DNA of 64,000 bases from Spirochaetia bacterium. GTDB taxonomy: Bacteria > Spirochaetota > Spirochaetia > DAHUYW01. The notes beneath the pieces are model-generated. The model was not told the DNA's origin. It made no database searches and was given only the letters and a program-made list of their open reading frames with translations. Made by a program: the position numbers and the translations under genes. The DNA lies in assembly GCA_030041455.1 (NCBI GenBank), contig JASHNV010000110.1, positions 5,724-69,723 of the forward strand, read 5' to 3'. Below, in pieces: positions 10,157-20,494 of the stretch; position 1 is the stretch's first letter, and every line of letters begins with the position of its first letter.

Positions 10157-11749
10157 ATGAAACTCAAGCTCGTCGTGCTTCTCATCCTCTGGTGCGCCGG
10201 AATTGTCCCGGTTTTTGCCGACAACCCGCCGTCGGGCGGCCAGCAGCAGGGGTTCGGCCTTCAGGCCACGATCTTCAGCCGGGTACAGCAGACAAACGAG
10301 AGCCTCGTCAACAACTATTCGGTGATCGCCAACTATCCGCCCACTCCCGGCGATATCTATACCCTTACCATCAACTCCGAAACCACGCCTGAGATCGGCA
10401 ACGCCACGCAGCAGGTGATCTCCTACCCGATCCAGCTTTCCGAGGACATGAAGCTCGACGTTCCGTTCATCGGCATCGTGGACGCCCGCGGCAAGACCCT
10501 GCCGCAGCTGAAAGACCTCATTACGACCGAGATCAGGGAGCGCCTGCCGGTCCAATACGTGAACTTCCTGCTCACGACGCCCGCGGAGTTCAACGTCTTC
10601 GTGTACGGCGGCGTCGAGTCTCCCGGCTACATCACGGCGACGCCCCTCACGACGGTCATCGACGCGATCGGCCTCGCGAAGGGCTTCAAGGAGGGCGCGA
10701 GCTACCGGACCATCCAGCTCGTGCGAAACGGCCGGCCGCAGGTGCTCGACATCTCGCGCTTCTACATCGACGCCGACTTCGCCTCCAACCCGCGCCTGCA
10801 GCCCGGCGACATGCTCTACGTGCCGGAGGCTCAGGTCGTCGCGACGATCGAGGGCCAAGTGCTCTATCCCGGAGTCTACGAGCTCCTTCCCACCGAGACC
10901 CTCCAGACGCTCATCGACCTCGCGGGCGGCTTCGCTCCCGGCGCCCTGACCAACCGGATCGAGGTGGCGCGGGTGGACCCGCGGGGCGCCCACTCGGTGA
11001 TCACGGTGTCGGCCGACCAAGCCGCGAGCTTCCAGCCGAAGATCGGCGACACCGTGACGGTGCCCTCGACCTCGGTGAACGCGGAGATGGTCTCGATCGA
11101 GGGCGCGATCTTCGGCAAGCCGCGCTCGGGTACCGGTCCGGTCGTGGTGCCCTCCGACCCCGTGCGCCTCGATTTCCCCTACTACCCCGGGATCTCCGTG
11201 CTCGACGTGCTCGACGACGTCGGCGGTCCGACGCCCTATGCGCTTCCGAACGAGGAGTACGTCGTCGAGCGGGCGAGCGGCAAGAGCGTGCCGGTCTCCA
11301 TCGACACGCTGTGGAAGACCCGCGACCTCTCCCTCGACCGCGTCCTCGAGCCCGGCGACCACATCGTCGTGCCCATGGAGACCTTGAAGGTCTTCGTGAC
11401 CGGCCAGGTCCCGACGCCCGGCGCGCTGCCGTACAGCAACGAGACCACCGTCGCCACCTACCTCCTTCTCTCGGGAGGCATCCTCCAGAACACGGGCGAC
11501 CCCAAGGGAATCTTCAGCGTGAAGTTCGACGGCACGAGGACCAAGCTGAACGTGAACCAGACCGTCGCTCCGGGCACGATCATCTACGTCGCGAAAAAGC
11601 CGCTCTTCGAGACCGACCAGGCGGTCCAGAACTTCCTCATCATTACCGGGTGGGGTACCGCGGTCATCGCCGTTCTCACGACGCTCGTCAACTTCATCTT
11701 TCTTATTCAGCCGAGCGTGGCGAACGTGCTCAACCACCTCGGGCTCTGA
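10157..11749 (+). CDS. Periplasmic polysaccharide export protein (Wza-like, SLBB domains), C-terminal TM helix
   Basis: Signal peptide MKLKLVVLLILWCAGIVPVFA. Repeated SLBB-like segments (…PGDMLYVP…, …PGDHIVVP…). The TAGTAT hexamer lies 6 nt before the ATG, suggesting a leaderless transcript. Confidence 0.65.
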   Translation: MKLKLVVLLILWCAGIVPVFADNPPSGGQQQGFGLQATIFSRVQQTNESLVNNYSVIANYPPTPGDIYTLTINSETTPEIGNATQQVISYPIQLSEDMKLDVPFIGIVDARGKTLPQLKDLITTEIRERLPVQYVNFLLTTPAEFNVFVYGGVESPGYITATPLTTVIDAIGLAKGFKEGASYRTIQLVRNGRPQVLDISRFYIDADFASNPRLQPGDMLYVPEAQVVATIEGQVLYPGVYELLPTETLQTLIDLAGGFAPGALTNRIEVARVDPRGAHSVITVSADQAASFQPKIGDTVTVPSTSVNAEMVSIEGAIFGKPRSGTGPVVVPSDPVRLDFPYYPGISVLDVLDDVGGPTPYALPNEEYVVERASGKSVPVSIDTLWKTRDLSLDRVLEPGDHIVVPMETLKVFVTGQVPTPGALPYSNETTVATYLLLSGGILQNTGDPKGIFSVKFDGTRTKLNVNQTVAPGTIIYVAKKPLFETDQAVQNFLIITGWGTAVIAVLTTLVNFIFLIQPSVANVLNHLGL

Positions 11750-11758
11750 GCCTCAGAG
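11744..11758. terminator. Short bidirectional hairpin embedding two convergent stop codons
   Basis: ctctga-gcc-tcagag: a 6-bp stem containing the TGA of the export gene (+) and the TGA of the arsR-like gene (-). Confidence 0.25.
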
Positions 11759-12058
11759 GGTCAGGGAACGGACGACGCCCTTCACGAACGGATCGACGAT
11801 GGAGTAGAGGCGCTTGTTGCCCTTGGTCTCCGAGCTCACGATCCCCTTCTCCTTGAGGATCGCGAGGTGCTGGGAGATGACCGGCTGAGACTGGTTGAGG
11901 CATTTCCAGAGCTCCGTCACGCAGGCGTCCTCCTTCTCGATGAGACAGAGGATCTTGAGCCGGACCGGATGCCCGCAGACCTTCAGGCGCTCGGCGTACG
12001 AGTCGATCATCGCCTCCGGCCCGCAGAGGATGTCCGCCATCTTCGCGACGCTGTCCAT
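11753..12058 (-). CDS. ArsR/SmtB-family HTH transcriptional regulator
   Basis: HTH region CVTELWKCLNQSQPVISQHLAILKEKGIV is typical of ArsR/SmtB. Start is assigned at MDSVAK; an alternative ATG lies at 12075. The gene is divergent from iscS-thiI. Confidence 0.65.
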   Translation of the reverse strand: MDSVAKMADILCGPEAMIDSYAERLKVCGHPVRLKILCLIEKEDACVTELWKCLNQSQPVISQHLAILKEKGIVSSETKGNKRLYSIVDPFVKGVVRSLTL

Positions 12059-12173
12059 GGGACGATAATACTGCATTTTGGACCGCAATTCAATTCGCGC
12101 GCGGGATCGGTCCGGCGCCTCTCGCTTCGCTCGGCCCTTGAACAGGCGCGCCCTTGCGTATAGGGTTCATCCC

Positions 12174-13358
12174 GTGGCCATCCGATACCTCGACTGGGCG
12201 GCGGGCGCGCCGCCCGACGCCGACCTCCTCGCCGAGCTAGCGCGCGTCGCGGCGCAGACGTTCGGCAACCCCTCCTCGCTGCACGAGGAGGGCGCGAGAG
12301 CGAACGATCTCCTCGAGCAGGCGAGGGAAAGGACCGCGCGCGCGATCGGCTGCATGCCCTCGCAGGTCGTCTTCACGGCGTCGGGCTCCGAATCGAACAA
12401 CATCGCGCTCCTCGGGCTCCTTTCGAGGAAGCGGCGCGGGACGGTCGTCCTCGCGGGCATCGAGCATCCGTCGGTGTACGAGCCCGCGAAGCTCCTCGCC
12501 GAAGCGGGCTTCACCGTGAAGCTCGTTCCGGCGGAGTCCGACGGCGCGGTATCCGTCGAGCGGTTCTCCGAGGCGCTCGACCCCTCGACCGCGCTCGCGG
12601 CGTTGATGCTCGTGAACAACGAGACCGGCGCGATTCAGCCGGTCGGCGAGATCGCCGAGGCGGTGGCCGACGCCTCGCGCCGGCACGGAAGGCGCATCCA
12701 CTTCCACAGCGACTGCGTCCAGGCGCTCGGGAAGATCCCGCTCCATTGCGGTCGCCTCGGCGTCGACTCCGCCTCCTTCAGCGGCCACAAGGTCGGCGCT
12801 CCGCGGGGAACCGGGATCCTCTACGTGAAGCGCGAGCTCCCGGCGCTCTTGCGCGGCGGCGGCCAGGAGGGAGGCTTGAGGCCGGGCACCGAGAACGTCG
12901 CCTCGATCTGGGCGACGGCGCTCGCCTGCGAGCGGCGCGCGCTCGGGCCGGAAGGCCTCGCCCCCGCGCGAGCGCTCCGCGCGCTCCTCGTCGAGCGGCT
13001 CGGCCGGATCCCCGGCTGCCGGTTCGCTCCGGCCGAGGCGGCGCGGGAACCCGAGCGCTACTCGCCTTATATCGTGAGCGTCTCCTTCCCCCCGATCCCC
13101 GGCGAGGTGCTCGTCCGGGTGATGAGCGACCGAGGATTCGCGATCTCCACGGGCTCGGCCTGCTCCTCGCGGGACCGCAAGCGCCTTCGGGTCCTCCAGG
13201 CGATGGGCGTTTCCGAGGAGGTCGCGCGCTCGGCGGTCCGCGTCTCCTTCGGCTACGCGACGCGGGAGGAGGAGATCGAGGAGCTCGCCGACGAGCTCGC
13301 TGCCCAGGTCGGAATCCTCGGGCGAAGCCTCGGCGTCGCGGCGAGCGGGAGCCGATAG
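12174..13358 (+). CDS. iscS: Cysteine desulfurase (class V aminotransferase, IscS/NifS-like)
   Basis: N-terminal AIRYLDWAAG matches IscS PIYLDYSAT. PLP lysine motif SFSGHKVGAPRGTGILY is present, with the active-site Cys near the C-terminus (STGSACSS). GTG start at 12174. Followed by thiI. Confidence 0.8.
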   Translation: MAIRYLDWAAGAPPDADLLAELARVAAQTFGNPSSLHEEGARANDLLEQARERTARAIGCMPSQVVFTASGSESNNIALLGLLSRKRRGTVVLAGIEHPSVYEPAKLLAEAGFTVKLVPAESDGAVSVERFSEALDPSTALAALMLVNNETGAIQPVGEIAEAVADASRRHGRRIHFHSDCVQALGKIPLHCGRLGVDSASFSGHKVGAPRGTGILYVKRELPALLRGGGQEGGLRPGTENVASIWATALACERRALGPEGLAPARALRALLVERLGRIPGCRFAPAEAAREPERYSPYIVSVSFPPIPGEVLVRVMSDRGFAISTGSACSSRDRKRLRVLQAMGVSEEVARSAVRVSFGYATREEEIEELADELAAQVGILGRSLGVAASGSR

Positions 13359-13359
13359 C

Positions 13360-14535
13360 ATGGAAAGCCTCTACCTGATCAAGGTCGGAGAGATCGCGCT
13401 CAAGGGCCAGAACCGATCCTATTTCGAGGGAAAGCTCCGGGACAACATCCGGCGCAACCTTCGCGGCATCCGGCCGATCGTGCGCGGCGGCGACGGCCGC
13501 TTCTTCCTGACCGCCGAGGAGGAGGACGAGACCAGGGTCGTCGATGCGCTCTCGAAAACCTTCGGCGTGACGGGCTTCTCGAGGACGCTGCGCGTTGAGA
13601 AGGACATGGAGGCGATCGTGCGCGGCGCGCTCTCGCTCGTCGACGAGCGCCAGGCGGGGTCGTTCAAGATCGAGGCGCGCCGCTCGGACAAGAGCTTCCC
13701 GCGGAGCTCCTACGAGATCGCCTCCGAGGTCGGACGGGAGCTCCTCGCGGCGCGGCCCGAGCTCCGGGTCGACGTCCGCGCGCCCGACTGGATCCTCAAC
13801 GTGGAGATCCGCGACCGCGCCTTCCTCTACATCGAGCGCAACCAGGGTCCCGGAGGGCTCCCGGTCGGCTGCGCCGGCCGCGGCGTTCTCCTCCTTTCAG
13901 GCGGCATCGACTCCCCGGTGGCGGGCTACCTCATGGCGAAGCGGGGCCTCAGGCTCGACGCGTGCTACTTTCACGCCTACCCCTACACCTCCGAGAGCGT
14001 CGAGGAGAAGGTCAAGCGGCTGTGCGAGATCCTCGCGCCCTATCTCGGCGGGGTGAATCTCTTCGTCGTGCCGTTCACCGAGACGCAGGAGCGCCTCAAG
14101 GAGCTCGCGAAGGACGAGGAGGTCACGCTCCTCATGCGCGCCTGCATGATGAAGATCGCCTCGGCGCTCGCCGAGCGACGGCAGGCGGGCTGCCTCGTGA
14201 CCGGCGAGTCGCTCAGCCAGGTGGCGAGCCAGACCACCGAGGCGATCCGCTTCACCGGCAGCGTGACGGACCTTCCGGTCTTCCGGCCCCTGATCGGCAT
14301 GGACAAGGAGGAGATCATCGCGATCGCGCGGCGAACGGGAACCTTCGCGACCTCGGTGCTTCCCTACGACGACTGCTGCTCGCTCTTCGCGCCGAAGCAT
14401 CCCCTCATCCGGCCGGACTTCGCGCGCATGAGGGAATCCTACGGGCGTTTGGCGATCGACGAGTGCCTCGCGAGGGCCTTGGAGCGCGCCGAGCGGAGCT
14501 TCAGCGGACCGGAGCCCCGCCTCGCGCGTAGATAG
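13360..14535 (+). CDS. thiI: tRNA 4-thiouridine synthase / thiamine biosynthesis sulfur carrier ThiI
   Basis: THUMP-like N-terminus followed by the PP-loop SGGIDSPVAGY. Tightly follows iscS (1-nt gap). Confidence 0.85.
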   Translation: MESLYLIKVGEIALKGQNRSYFEGKLRDNIRRNLRGIRPIVRGGDGRFFLTAEEEDETRVVDALSKTFGVTGFSRTLRVEKDMEAIVRGALSLVDERQAGSFKIEARRSDKSFPRSSYEIASEVGRELLAARPELRVDVRAPDWILNVEIRDRAFLYIERNQGPGGLPVGCAGRGVLLLSGGIDSPVAGYLMAKRGLRLDACYFHAYPYTSESVEEKVKRLCEILAPYLGGVNLFVVPFTETQERLKELAKDEEVTLLMRACMMKIASALAERRQAGCLVTGESLSQVASQTTEAIRFTGSVTDLPVFRPLIGMDKEEIIAIARRTGTFATSVLPYDDCCSLFAPKHPLIRPDFARMRESYGRLAIDECLARALERAERSFSGPEPRLARR

Positions 14536-14541
14536 AAGCGC

Positions 14542-14865
14542 TCAGGCGGGCGCCTTGACCTTGGCGCCGTCCTTCCCGGGCTGCTCCTTCGGCGCCGCGT
14601 CCGCCGGCGCGCTTTCCTTCGGCGCCCCGTCCGACGCGGCGGCGGGCTTCGACGGATGGCCCGCGGAGCCGGCCTTTCCCGACGAGCGGTGGTCGGTCAC
14701 GTAAAAGCCGCTTCCCTTGAAGATGATGCCGGTCCCCCCGGTGATGAGCCTGCGAACTTGGAGCTTGCCGCATTGCGGGCACGTGGTAAGCGGCGCGTCC
14801 GCCATGCTCTGGAAGGCTTCGAATCGATAGCCGCAGGACCTGCACTCATAATCATAACTTGGCAT
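14542..14865 (-). CDS. FmdB-family zinc-ribbon protein
   Basis: MPSYDYECRSCGYRFE…CPQCG carries a CxxC…CxxC motif. SD GAGGTGAT lies 6 nt upstream of the ATG at 14865. The 158-aa track ORF is an upstream extension. Confidence 0.6.
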   Translation of the reverse strand: MPSYDYECRSCGYRFEAFQSMADAPLTTCPQCGKLQVRRLITGGTGIIFKGSGFYVTDHRSSGKAGSAGHPSKPAAASDGAPKESAPADAAPKEQPGKDGAKVKAPA

Positions 14866-15042
14866 TTCGATCACCTCGGTCGAAAGGATCCGGACTCGGC
14901 GCCCGCGGGGGCCGTTGGCGCCCCGACACGCGAAATACGCCGCGCGCCCCGCTCGCGGCGGGCGGGAAGCCCGAGGTCCACTCCCGATAATATAGGATTT
15001 CGACCACCCGAGCGTCAATCCGAGCCGCTCGCGAGGGCAGGG

Positions 15043-15813
15043 CTAATAGTCGAGGCGGACGGCGACGCCGCGATCCCGGAGATAGCCCTTGATCTCCGGG
15101 ATCGTGAAGCTTCCGAGGTGGACCATCGAGGCGACGAGCGCCGCGTCGGCGCGGCCTTCCGTGAGGACGCGCTCGATGTGATCGAGCCGTCCCGCGCCCC
15201 CCGAGGCGACGACCGGGACGGCCAACTCGGTCGAGATCATCCGCGTGAGCTCGATGTCGTAGCCCTCCCGGGTGCCGTCGGCGTCGATCGAGTTGAGGAC
15301 GATCTCTCCGGCGCCGAGCGACTCCGCGCGCTTCGCCCAGGCGAGCGCGTCGAGCTCCGTCCTCACCCGGCCGCCGTCCACGACGACCCGGTACCCCGAG
15401 GGCATGGACGGATCCCGGAGCGCGTCCATGCCGAGCACGACCGCCTGGGAGCCGAACTGCGCGGCGCCCTCCTCGATGATGCGGGGGTTCCGCACCGCCT
15501 GCGAGTTGACGCTCACCTTTTCGGCGCCCGCGAGGAGCACGGCGCGCATGTCGTCGACCTTGGCGATCCCCCCTCCGACCGAGAACGGCACGAAGATGCG
15601 CTCGGCGACCCGGCGCACGATGTCGATCATGATCCCGCGCCGCTCGGCGGAGGCGGTGATGTCGTAGAAGACGAGCTCGTCGGCGCCCTGCTCGTAGTAC
15701 GCCTCGGCCATCTCGACGGGGTCGCCGATGTCCACGTTGTGCTCGAACTTGACGCCCTTGGTGGTCTTGCCGTCCCTCACGTCGAGGCAGACGACGATCC
15801 GCTTCGTGAGCAC
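15043..15813 (-). CDS. hisF: Imidazole glycerol phosphate synthase cyclase subunit
   Basis: 256-aa TIM-barrel protein with HisF motifs (VCLDVRDG…, VVASGGAG). Confidence 0.9.
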   Translation of the reverse strand: MLTKRIVVCLDVRDGKTTKGVKFEHNVDIGDPVEMAEAYYEQGADELVFYDITASAERRGIMIDIVRRVAERIFVPFSVGGGIAKVDDMRAVLLAGAEKVSVNSQAVRNPRIIEEGAAQFGSQAVVLGMDALRDPSMPSGYRVVVDGGRVRTELDALAWAKRAESLGAGEIVLNSIDADGTREGYDIELTRMISTELAVPVVASGGAGRLDHIERVLTEGRADAALVASMVHLGSFTIPEIKGYLRDRGVAVRLDY

Positions 15814-16434
15814 TTAGGACGCCTCCGCGCGCCACGCGAGGAAGTTCGCGAGGAGCGCGAGGCCCCATCTGCCGGACTTCTCCGGGTGAAATTGGACGGC
15901 CACGACGCTCCCCCGCGCGAGCGCCGAGGCGAAGCGCACGCCGTAGTCGGTCTCGGCGACCCAGGCCTCCGCGCTCGCGGGCTCCGGGTAGTAGGAATGG
16001 TCGAAATAGAACGAGGCGCCGTCGGGGATGCCGCGAAAGAGGGCGTGACGGCCGCGGTGATAGACTTGGTTCCAGCCGATCTGGGGGATCTTCAGGCCGG
16101 GGGCCGGCGGGAAGCGCCGGGAGGTCCCCGCTATGATCCCGAGGCACTCGGTGTCGCGCTCCTCCGAGCGGCCGAGGAGCACCTGGCAGCCGATGCAGAT
16201 CCCGAGGAGCGGCGTAGCGGAGCGCGAGAGCGCCGCGAGCGCCCGGTCGAGCCCCCGCTCGCGGAGCGCCTCCATGGCCGCTCGCGCCTCGCCGACCCCG
16301 GGGAAGATCGCGCGGTCGAGACCCGCAAGGCGCTCGGGCCGGTCCACGATCCGGGTCGCGGCGCCGAGGCGGGCGAGCGCGTTCTCGACGCTCCCGAGGT
16401 TTCCGGCCTTGTAATCGATCAATCCAACGACCAC
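15814..16434 (-). CDS. hisH: Imidazole glycerol phosphate synthase glutaminase subunit
   Basis: Class I GATase with GICIGCQ catalytic Cys and a QFHPEKS histidine motif. GTG start at 16434 with GGAGGAGG 6 nt upstream. Overlaps the upstream lipoprotein gene by 16 nt. Confidence 0.85.
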   Translation of the reverse strand: MVVGLIDYKAGNLGSVENALARLGAATRIVDRPERLAGLDRAIFPGVGEARAAMEALRERGLDRALAALSRSATPLLGICIGCQVLLGRSEERDTECLGIIAGTSRRFPPAPGLKIPQIGWNQVYHRGRHALFRGIPDGASFYFDHSYYPEPASAEAWVAETDYGVRFASALARGSVVAVQFHPEKSGRWGLALLANFLAWRAEAS

Positions 16435-17345
16435 GCCGCGCCTCCTCCGATCTTCGCGATGAGCCCGTCGATGCTCTCCTCCGTCATCTCGACGCCCGAC
16501 ACGAGGATGCCCGAGCCCTCGACCTCCACCCGCGCGCCGCTCAAGGGAAGGGAGGCGAGGAGGTCGCCCGCGGGCCCGAGGGTCGAGAGGAGAGCCGAGG
16601 CGCCGCGGACGCTCTCGGCGGAAAGCAGCCTCAGGATAACCGCGTACGCGCGCGCCGTCCGATCGCTCGACGTGGCGATCGAGGCCTCGGCGCCGTAGGC
16701 GCCCAGGCCCGAGCGCGTCAATGATACCATAAGGCTCGAGACGGGAAAGGTGCCCGGAGGGGCGCCCGCGAGGCGGCCCGGATTCGCGACGTAGAGCGCG
16801 ATGTCGCTCGCCTCGAAGCGCTCGCGCGTCGCGGGGCTCAAGACGAGGCCCCGCTCCGTGCCTCGAGCGCGGGCGAGGAGGCCCGGGATGCCGCCGTTCG
16901 AGACGAGCATGACCGAGCGGCCGGGAAGCGCGACCTGGAGGCCGCTGTGCCGATTCTGCCAATAGCCGCCCTCGGCGCGGCTCCAGCCGGGATCGAGGGA
17001 GAGGCGGAAGTCGACGAGCCCGGGCGGAAAGGAGCCGAGAAGGACGAGCGCGTAGCGGATCTCCCCGGAGGGGCCCTTCGCGACGCCGAGGAGGAGCCGC
17101 TTCACCCGATCGAGCGCGTGGGGCGGAAGCGCCCCGTCGGGGTCCACGACGGCGAGCGCGCTTTTCACGACGGGACGGTTGTCGGTCACGTCGATGCCGA
17201 TGTAGGCAAGGTCGTCCGGGGGCAGGAGCCCCGCCCACCCGGCCTCAGGCTCGCGCGCCTCGGGAAGGGTCGCGCACGAGCTCACGGCAAGCGCTAGGGC
17301 GACGAAGAGCGCGCGGCGCCTTCCGCCGCGCCCGGGCCTCTTCAC
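16419..17345 (-). CDS. Lipoprotein of unknown function
   Basis: Signal peptide with lipobox (ALALAVSSC). Start overlaps the ileS stop in an ATGA arrangement. Sits inside the valS-ileS-lipoprotein-hisH-hisF co-directional block. Confidence 0.5.
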   Translation of the reverse strand: MKRPGRGGRRRALFVALALAVSSCATLPEAREPEAGWAGLLPPDDLAYIGIDVTDNRPVVKSALAVVDPDGALPPHALDRVKRLLLGVAKGPSGEIRYALVLLGSFPPGLVDFRLSLDPGWSRAEGGYWQNRHSGLQVALPGRSVMLVSNGGIPGLLARARGTERGLVLSPATRERFEASDIALYVANPGRLAGAPPGTFPVSSLMVSLTRSGLGAYGAEASIATSSDRTARAYAVILRLLSAESVRGASALLSTLGPAGDLLASLPLSGARVEVEGSGILVSGVEMTEESIDGLIAKIGGGAAWSLD

Positions 17346-20300
17346 ACGACCTTCGCGAGGGATACGAGCGCCTTCGCGCCGCCCGAGGCGACCGCCACGC
17401 TGTCGGGAAGCCTCTCCCAGCGCCAGGAGACCGCGAGGGTCTCCTCCATGAGGTAGTCCTGGAACTCGCTCACCGCCTCCTCGACCTCGGCGGGCCCGAA
17501 GAGGTAGAGCGTGATCCTGTCGGTCACCTCGAGGCCGCGCTCCTTCCTGAGGCTCTGCACGCCGCGGATGATGTCTCGCACCGCGCCCTCCTGCTTGAGC
17601 TCGTCGGAGACCTCGGGGTCGAGCGCCACGGTGAGCGTGCCGTCGTTGAGCACCTTCAGGTGCGATTTCTCCGTACGCTGGACGATGACGCTCTCCCGGT
17701 CGAGGAGGAGCGGCCCGAAGGAGGTTTCGACGGAGATCCGCTCGCCTGAGAGGAGCGAGCGGAGCCGATCGGAGGAGAGCGCCTCGACGCGCTCGGCGGC
17801 CTCCTTCATGTTCTTGCCGAGGGTCTTCCCGAGAGCGCGGAAGTTCGCCTTGGCGTGGTACTCGACGAGCTCCTCCTCGTCGCCGCCGACGACCACCTCC
17901 TTGACGTTGAGCTCCTCGCGGATGATCGCCTCCATCTCCGAAAGGGCGCGCCGCTCCTCCTCCAGGCGCGTGACGAGGTAGAGCGCCTTCAGGGGCTGCC
18001 TGATCTTCAGCTGGTGGAGCGCTCGAAGCGCCCGTCCCGTCGAGACCGCCTGCCTCGCGAGCCTCATCTTGAGCTCGAGCTCAGGCTCGCGCGAGCGCTC
18101 CTCGGCGAGCGGGTAGTCGGTGAGGTGGATCGAGTCAGGCGCCCGCCGGGAGCGCAGATTGCGGTAGATCTCCTCGGTGGTGAAGGGGATGATCGGCGCG
18201 GCGACTTTCGCGAGGGTCACGAGGACTTCGCGGAGCGTGGCGTACGCCTCGCTTTTGTCGGCGTCGTCGCCCGAGCGCCAGAAGCGCCGGCGCGAGCGGC
18301 GGATGTACCAGTTGTTCAGGAGATCGATGAACGTCACGATCGGCGCGCAGGCGCGCTGGAGGTCGTAGCGGTCGAGCGCGGAGGTGACCTCCGCGACGAG
18401 GCGGGCGCACTCCGAGAGGATCCACCGGTCGAGAGGATTGGCGGCGCGCTCGGGGGGCTCCTCCGGGTGCGCCTTGTCGATGTTGGCGTAGGTGACGAAG
18501 AAGCTGTAGGCGTTCCAGAGCGGAAGGATGACCCCTTTCACGACCTCCTTCACGCCGTCGTCGGAGTAGCGGAGATCCTCCGCGCGGACGACGCCCGCGT
18601 TCATGAGGAAGAAGCGCAGCGCGTCGGCGCCGAAGCGGTCCATCACGTCGCGGGGATCGGAGTAGTTGCGCTCGGATTTCGACATCTTCTTGCCGTCCGC
18701 GGCGAGCACGAGGCCGTTCACGACGATCGCCCTCGACGGCGGGCAGTCGAAGAGCGCCGCGGAGAGCACGACGAGGGTGTAGAACCAGCCGCGCGTCTGG
18801 TCGAGGCCCTCGGCGATGAAGTCCGCGGGGAAGCGGCGCTCGAAGTGCTCCTTGTTCTCGAAGGGGTAGTGGTTCTGGGCGTAGGGCATCGAGCCCGACT
18901 CGAACCAGCAGTCGAGGACCTCGGAGATCCGGCGCATGGTCCCCGCGCAGGAGGCGCAGGGATAGGTGATCGGGTCGACGAAGTGCTTGTGGAGGTCCTC
19001 AGGCGCGGCGCCGGACCTTTCGGCGAGCTCGGAGCGCGAGCCGAGGCACTCGAGCGCGCCGCAGCGCTCGCAGCGCCAGATCGGGAGCGGGTTTCCCCAG
19101 TACCGGTTGCGCGAGATCGCCCAGTCGCGCGCGCCCTCGATCCAATTGCCGAAACGGCCCGCCTTGAGGTGGTCGGGCATCCAGGTGATCGTCGCGTTCG
19201 AGCGGATCATCCGCTCCTTGACCTTCTGGACGTTCACGAACCACGACGAGATCGCCCGGTAGATGAGCGGTGAGCGGCAGCGCCAGCAGTGCGGATAGCT
19301 GTGGAGGTGGCTCTCGCGCCCGACGAGGCTGCCCTCCTCGCGCAGGCGCTCGATGATCGCCTTGTCCGCGTCCTTCACGAACAGGCCCGCGTAGTCGCTC
19401 ACCTCGCGGGTGAACCGGCACTCGCCGTCGACCGGGCAGGCAACGGGAATCCCGGACCCTTTGAGCGTCTCGTAGTCGTCCTCTCCGAAGCCGGGCGCCG
19501 TGTGCACGATCCCGGTGCCCTCCTCGGTGGTCACGTAGTCGCCCGAGAAGACCCTGAAGGCGCCGCTCTCCCGGCTCTTCGCGAAGTAGGGGAACAGCGG
19601 CTCGTACTCCATGCCCACGAGCGCCTCGCCTTTCATCTCCCCCACGACCCTGAAGCCCGCTCCGCTCGGGTAGTAGGCGCCGAGGCGGTCCTTGGCGAGC
19701 ACGTAGCGCGCTCCCTCCGCCTCGATGAGCGCGTAGTCGATCCCCGCTCCGACCGTGAGCGCGAGATTCGACGGGAGCGTCCAGGGCGTGGTGGTCCACG
19801 CGAGAAAGAAGGCGTTCGCGCCGAGCCGCGCCTCCGCGCGATCGCCGCGCGATCGGAAGCGCACGGTGATCGCCGGGTCGCGCACCTCCTCGTAGCCGCC
19901 GAGGTTGAGCTCGTGATTCGAGAGCACCGTGGAGCAGCGCGGACAATAGGGCAGGATGTAGTAGCTCTCGTAGAGAAGACCGAGGTCCCACAGGCGCTTG
20001 ACCACCCACCAGATGGACTCCATGTAGTCGGGATCCATCGTCTTGTAGTCGTGGTCGAAGTCGACCCAGCGGCCGAGCCGGGTGATGACCTCCCTCCACT
20101 CCCGCGTGTAGCGCAGGACGATGCCGCGGCAGGCCTCGTTGAATCGAGCGACGCCGTACGCCTCGATCTCCCGCTTTCCGGAGATCTTCAGCTCCTTTTC
20201 CATCTCGTACTCGACCGGCAGGCCGTGGCAGTCCCATCCGAAGCGCCGCTCGACGCGCCTGCCCTTCATCGTCTGGTAGCGGGGAATGACGTCCTTGACC

Positions 20301-20494
20301 GTGCCGGGCACGAAGTGGCCGAAATGCGGGAGGCCGGTCGCGAAGGGCGGGCCGTCGTAGAAGACGAAGGCGTCCTTCGCCGCGCGCTGCTCGACGGAGC
20401 GCCTGAACACGTCCGCCTCCTCCCAAAAGCGCAGGACGCCCCGCTCCATGTCGGGAAAGCTTACCTTGGGATCGACCGGACTATACACGCTCAC
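17342..20494 (-). CDS. ileS: Isoleucyl-tRNA synthetase, type 2 (eukaryote-like)
   Basis: HIGH-type motif (GLPHFGHFVPG) and KMSKS are present. Length 1050 aa with a type-2 architecture lacking a C-terminal Zn finger. Confidence 0.9.
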   Translation of the reverse strand: MSVYSPVDPKVSFPDMERGVLRFWEEADVFRRSVEQRAAKDAFVFYDGPPFATGLPHFGHFVPGTVKDVIPRYQTMKGRRVERRFGWDCHGLPVEYEMEKELKISGKREIEAYGVARFNEACRGIVLRYTREWREVITRLGRWVDFDHDYKTMDPDYMESIWWVVKRLWDLGLLYESYYILPYCPRCSTVLSNHELNLGGYEEVRDPAITVRFRSRGDRAEARLGANAFFLAWTTTPWTLPSNLALTVGAGIDYALIEAEGARYVLAKDRLGAYYPSGAGFRVVGEMKGEALVGMEYEPLFPYFAKSRESGAFRVFSGDYVTTEEGTGIVHTAPGFGEDDYETLKGSGIPVACPVDGECRFTREVSDYAGLFVKDADKAIIERLREEGSLVGRESHLHSYPHCWRCRSPLIYRAISSWFVNVQKVKERMIRSNATITWMPDHLKAGRFGNWIEGARDWAISRNRYWGNPLPIWRCERCGALECLGSRSELAERSGAAPEDLHKHFVDPITYPCASCAGTMRRISEVLDCWFESGSMPYAQNHYPFENKEHFERRFPADFIAEGLDQTRGWFYTLVVLSAALFDCPPSRAIVVNGLVLAADGKKMSKSERNYSDPRDVMDRFGADALRFFLMNAGVVRAEDLRYSDDGVKEVVKGVILPLWNAYSFFVTYANIDKAHPEEPPERAANPLDRWILSECARLVAEVTSALDRYDLQRACAPIVTFIDLLNNWYIRRSRRRFWRSGDDADKSEAYATLREVLVTLAKVAAPIIPFTTEEIYRNLRSRRAPDSIHLTDYPLAEERSREPELELKMRLARQAVSTGRALRALHQLKIRQPLKALYLVTRLEEERRALSEMEAIIREELNVKEVVVGGDEEELVEYHAKANFRALGKTLGKNMKEAAERVEALSSDRLRSLLSGERISVETSFGPLLLDRESVIVQRTEKSHLKVLNDGTLTVALDPEVSDELKQEGAVRDIIRGVQSLRKERGLEVTDRITLYLFGPAEVEEAVSEFQDYLMEETLAVSWRWERLPDSVAVASGGAKALVSLAKVV

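Noticed and set aside
6476-10392. Very long antisense or alternate-frame ORFs opposite hrpA/aroB (591 aa and 1222 aa), and similar ones opposite valS, ileS and the TRAP permease (for example 20491-23241, 21333-23261, 40659-42638, 40693-42591)
   Set aside because: They are Arg/Pro/Gly-rich, low-complexity and lack start signals. They are typical GC-rich shadow ORFs on the strand or frame opposite genuine, homology-supported genes.
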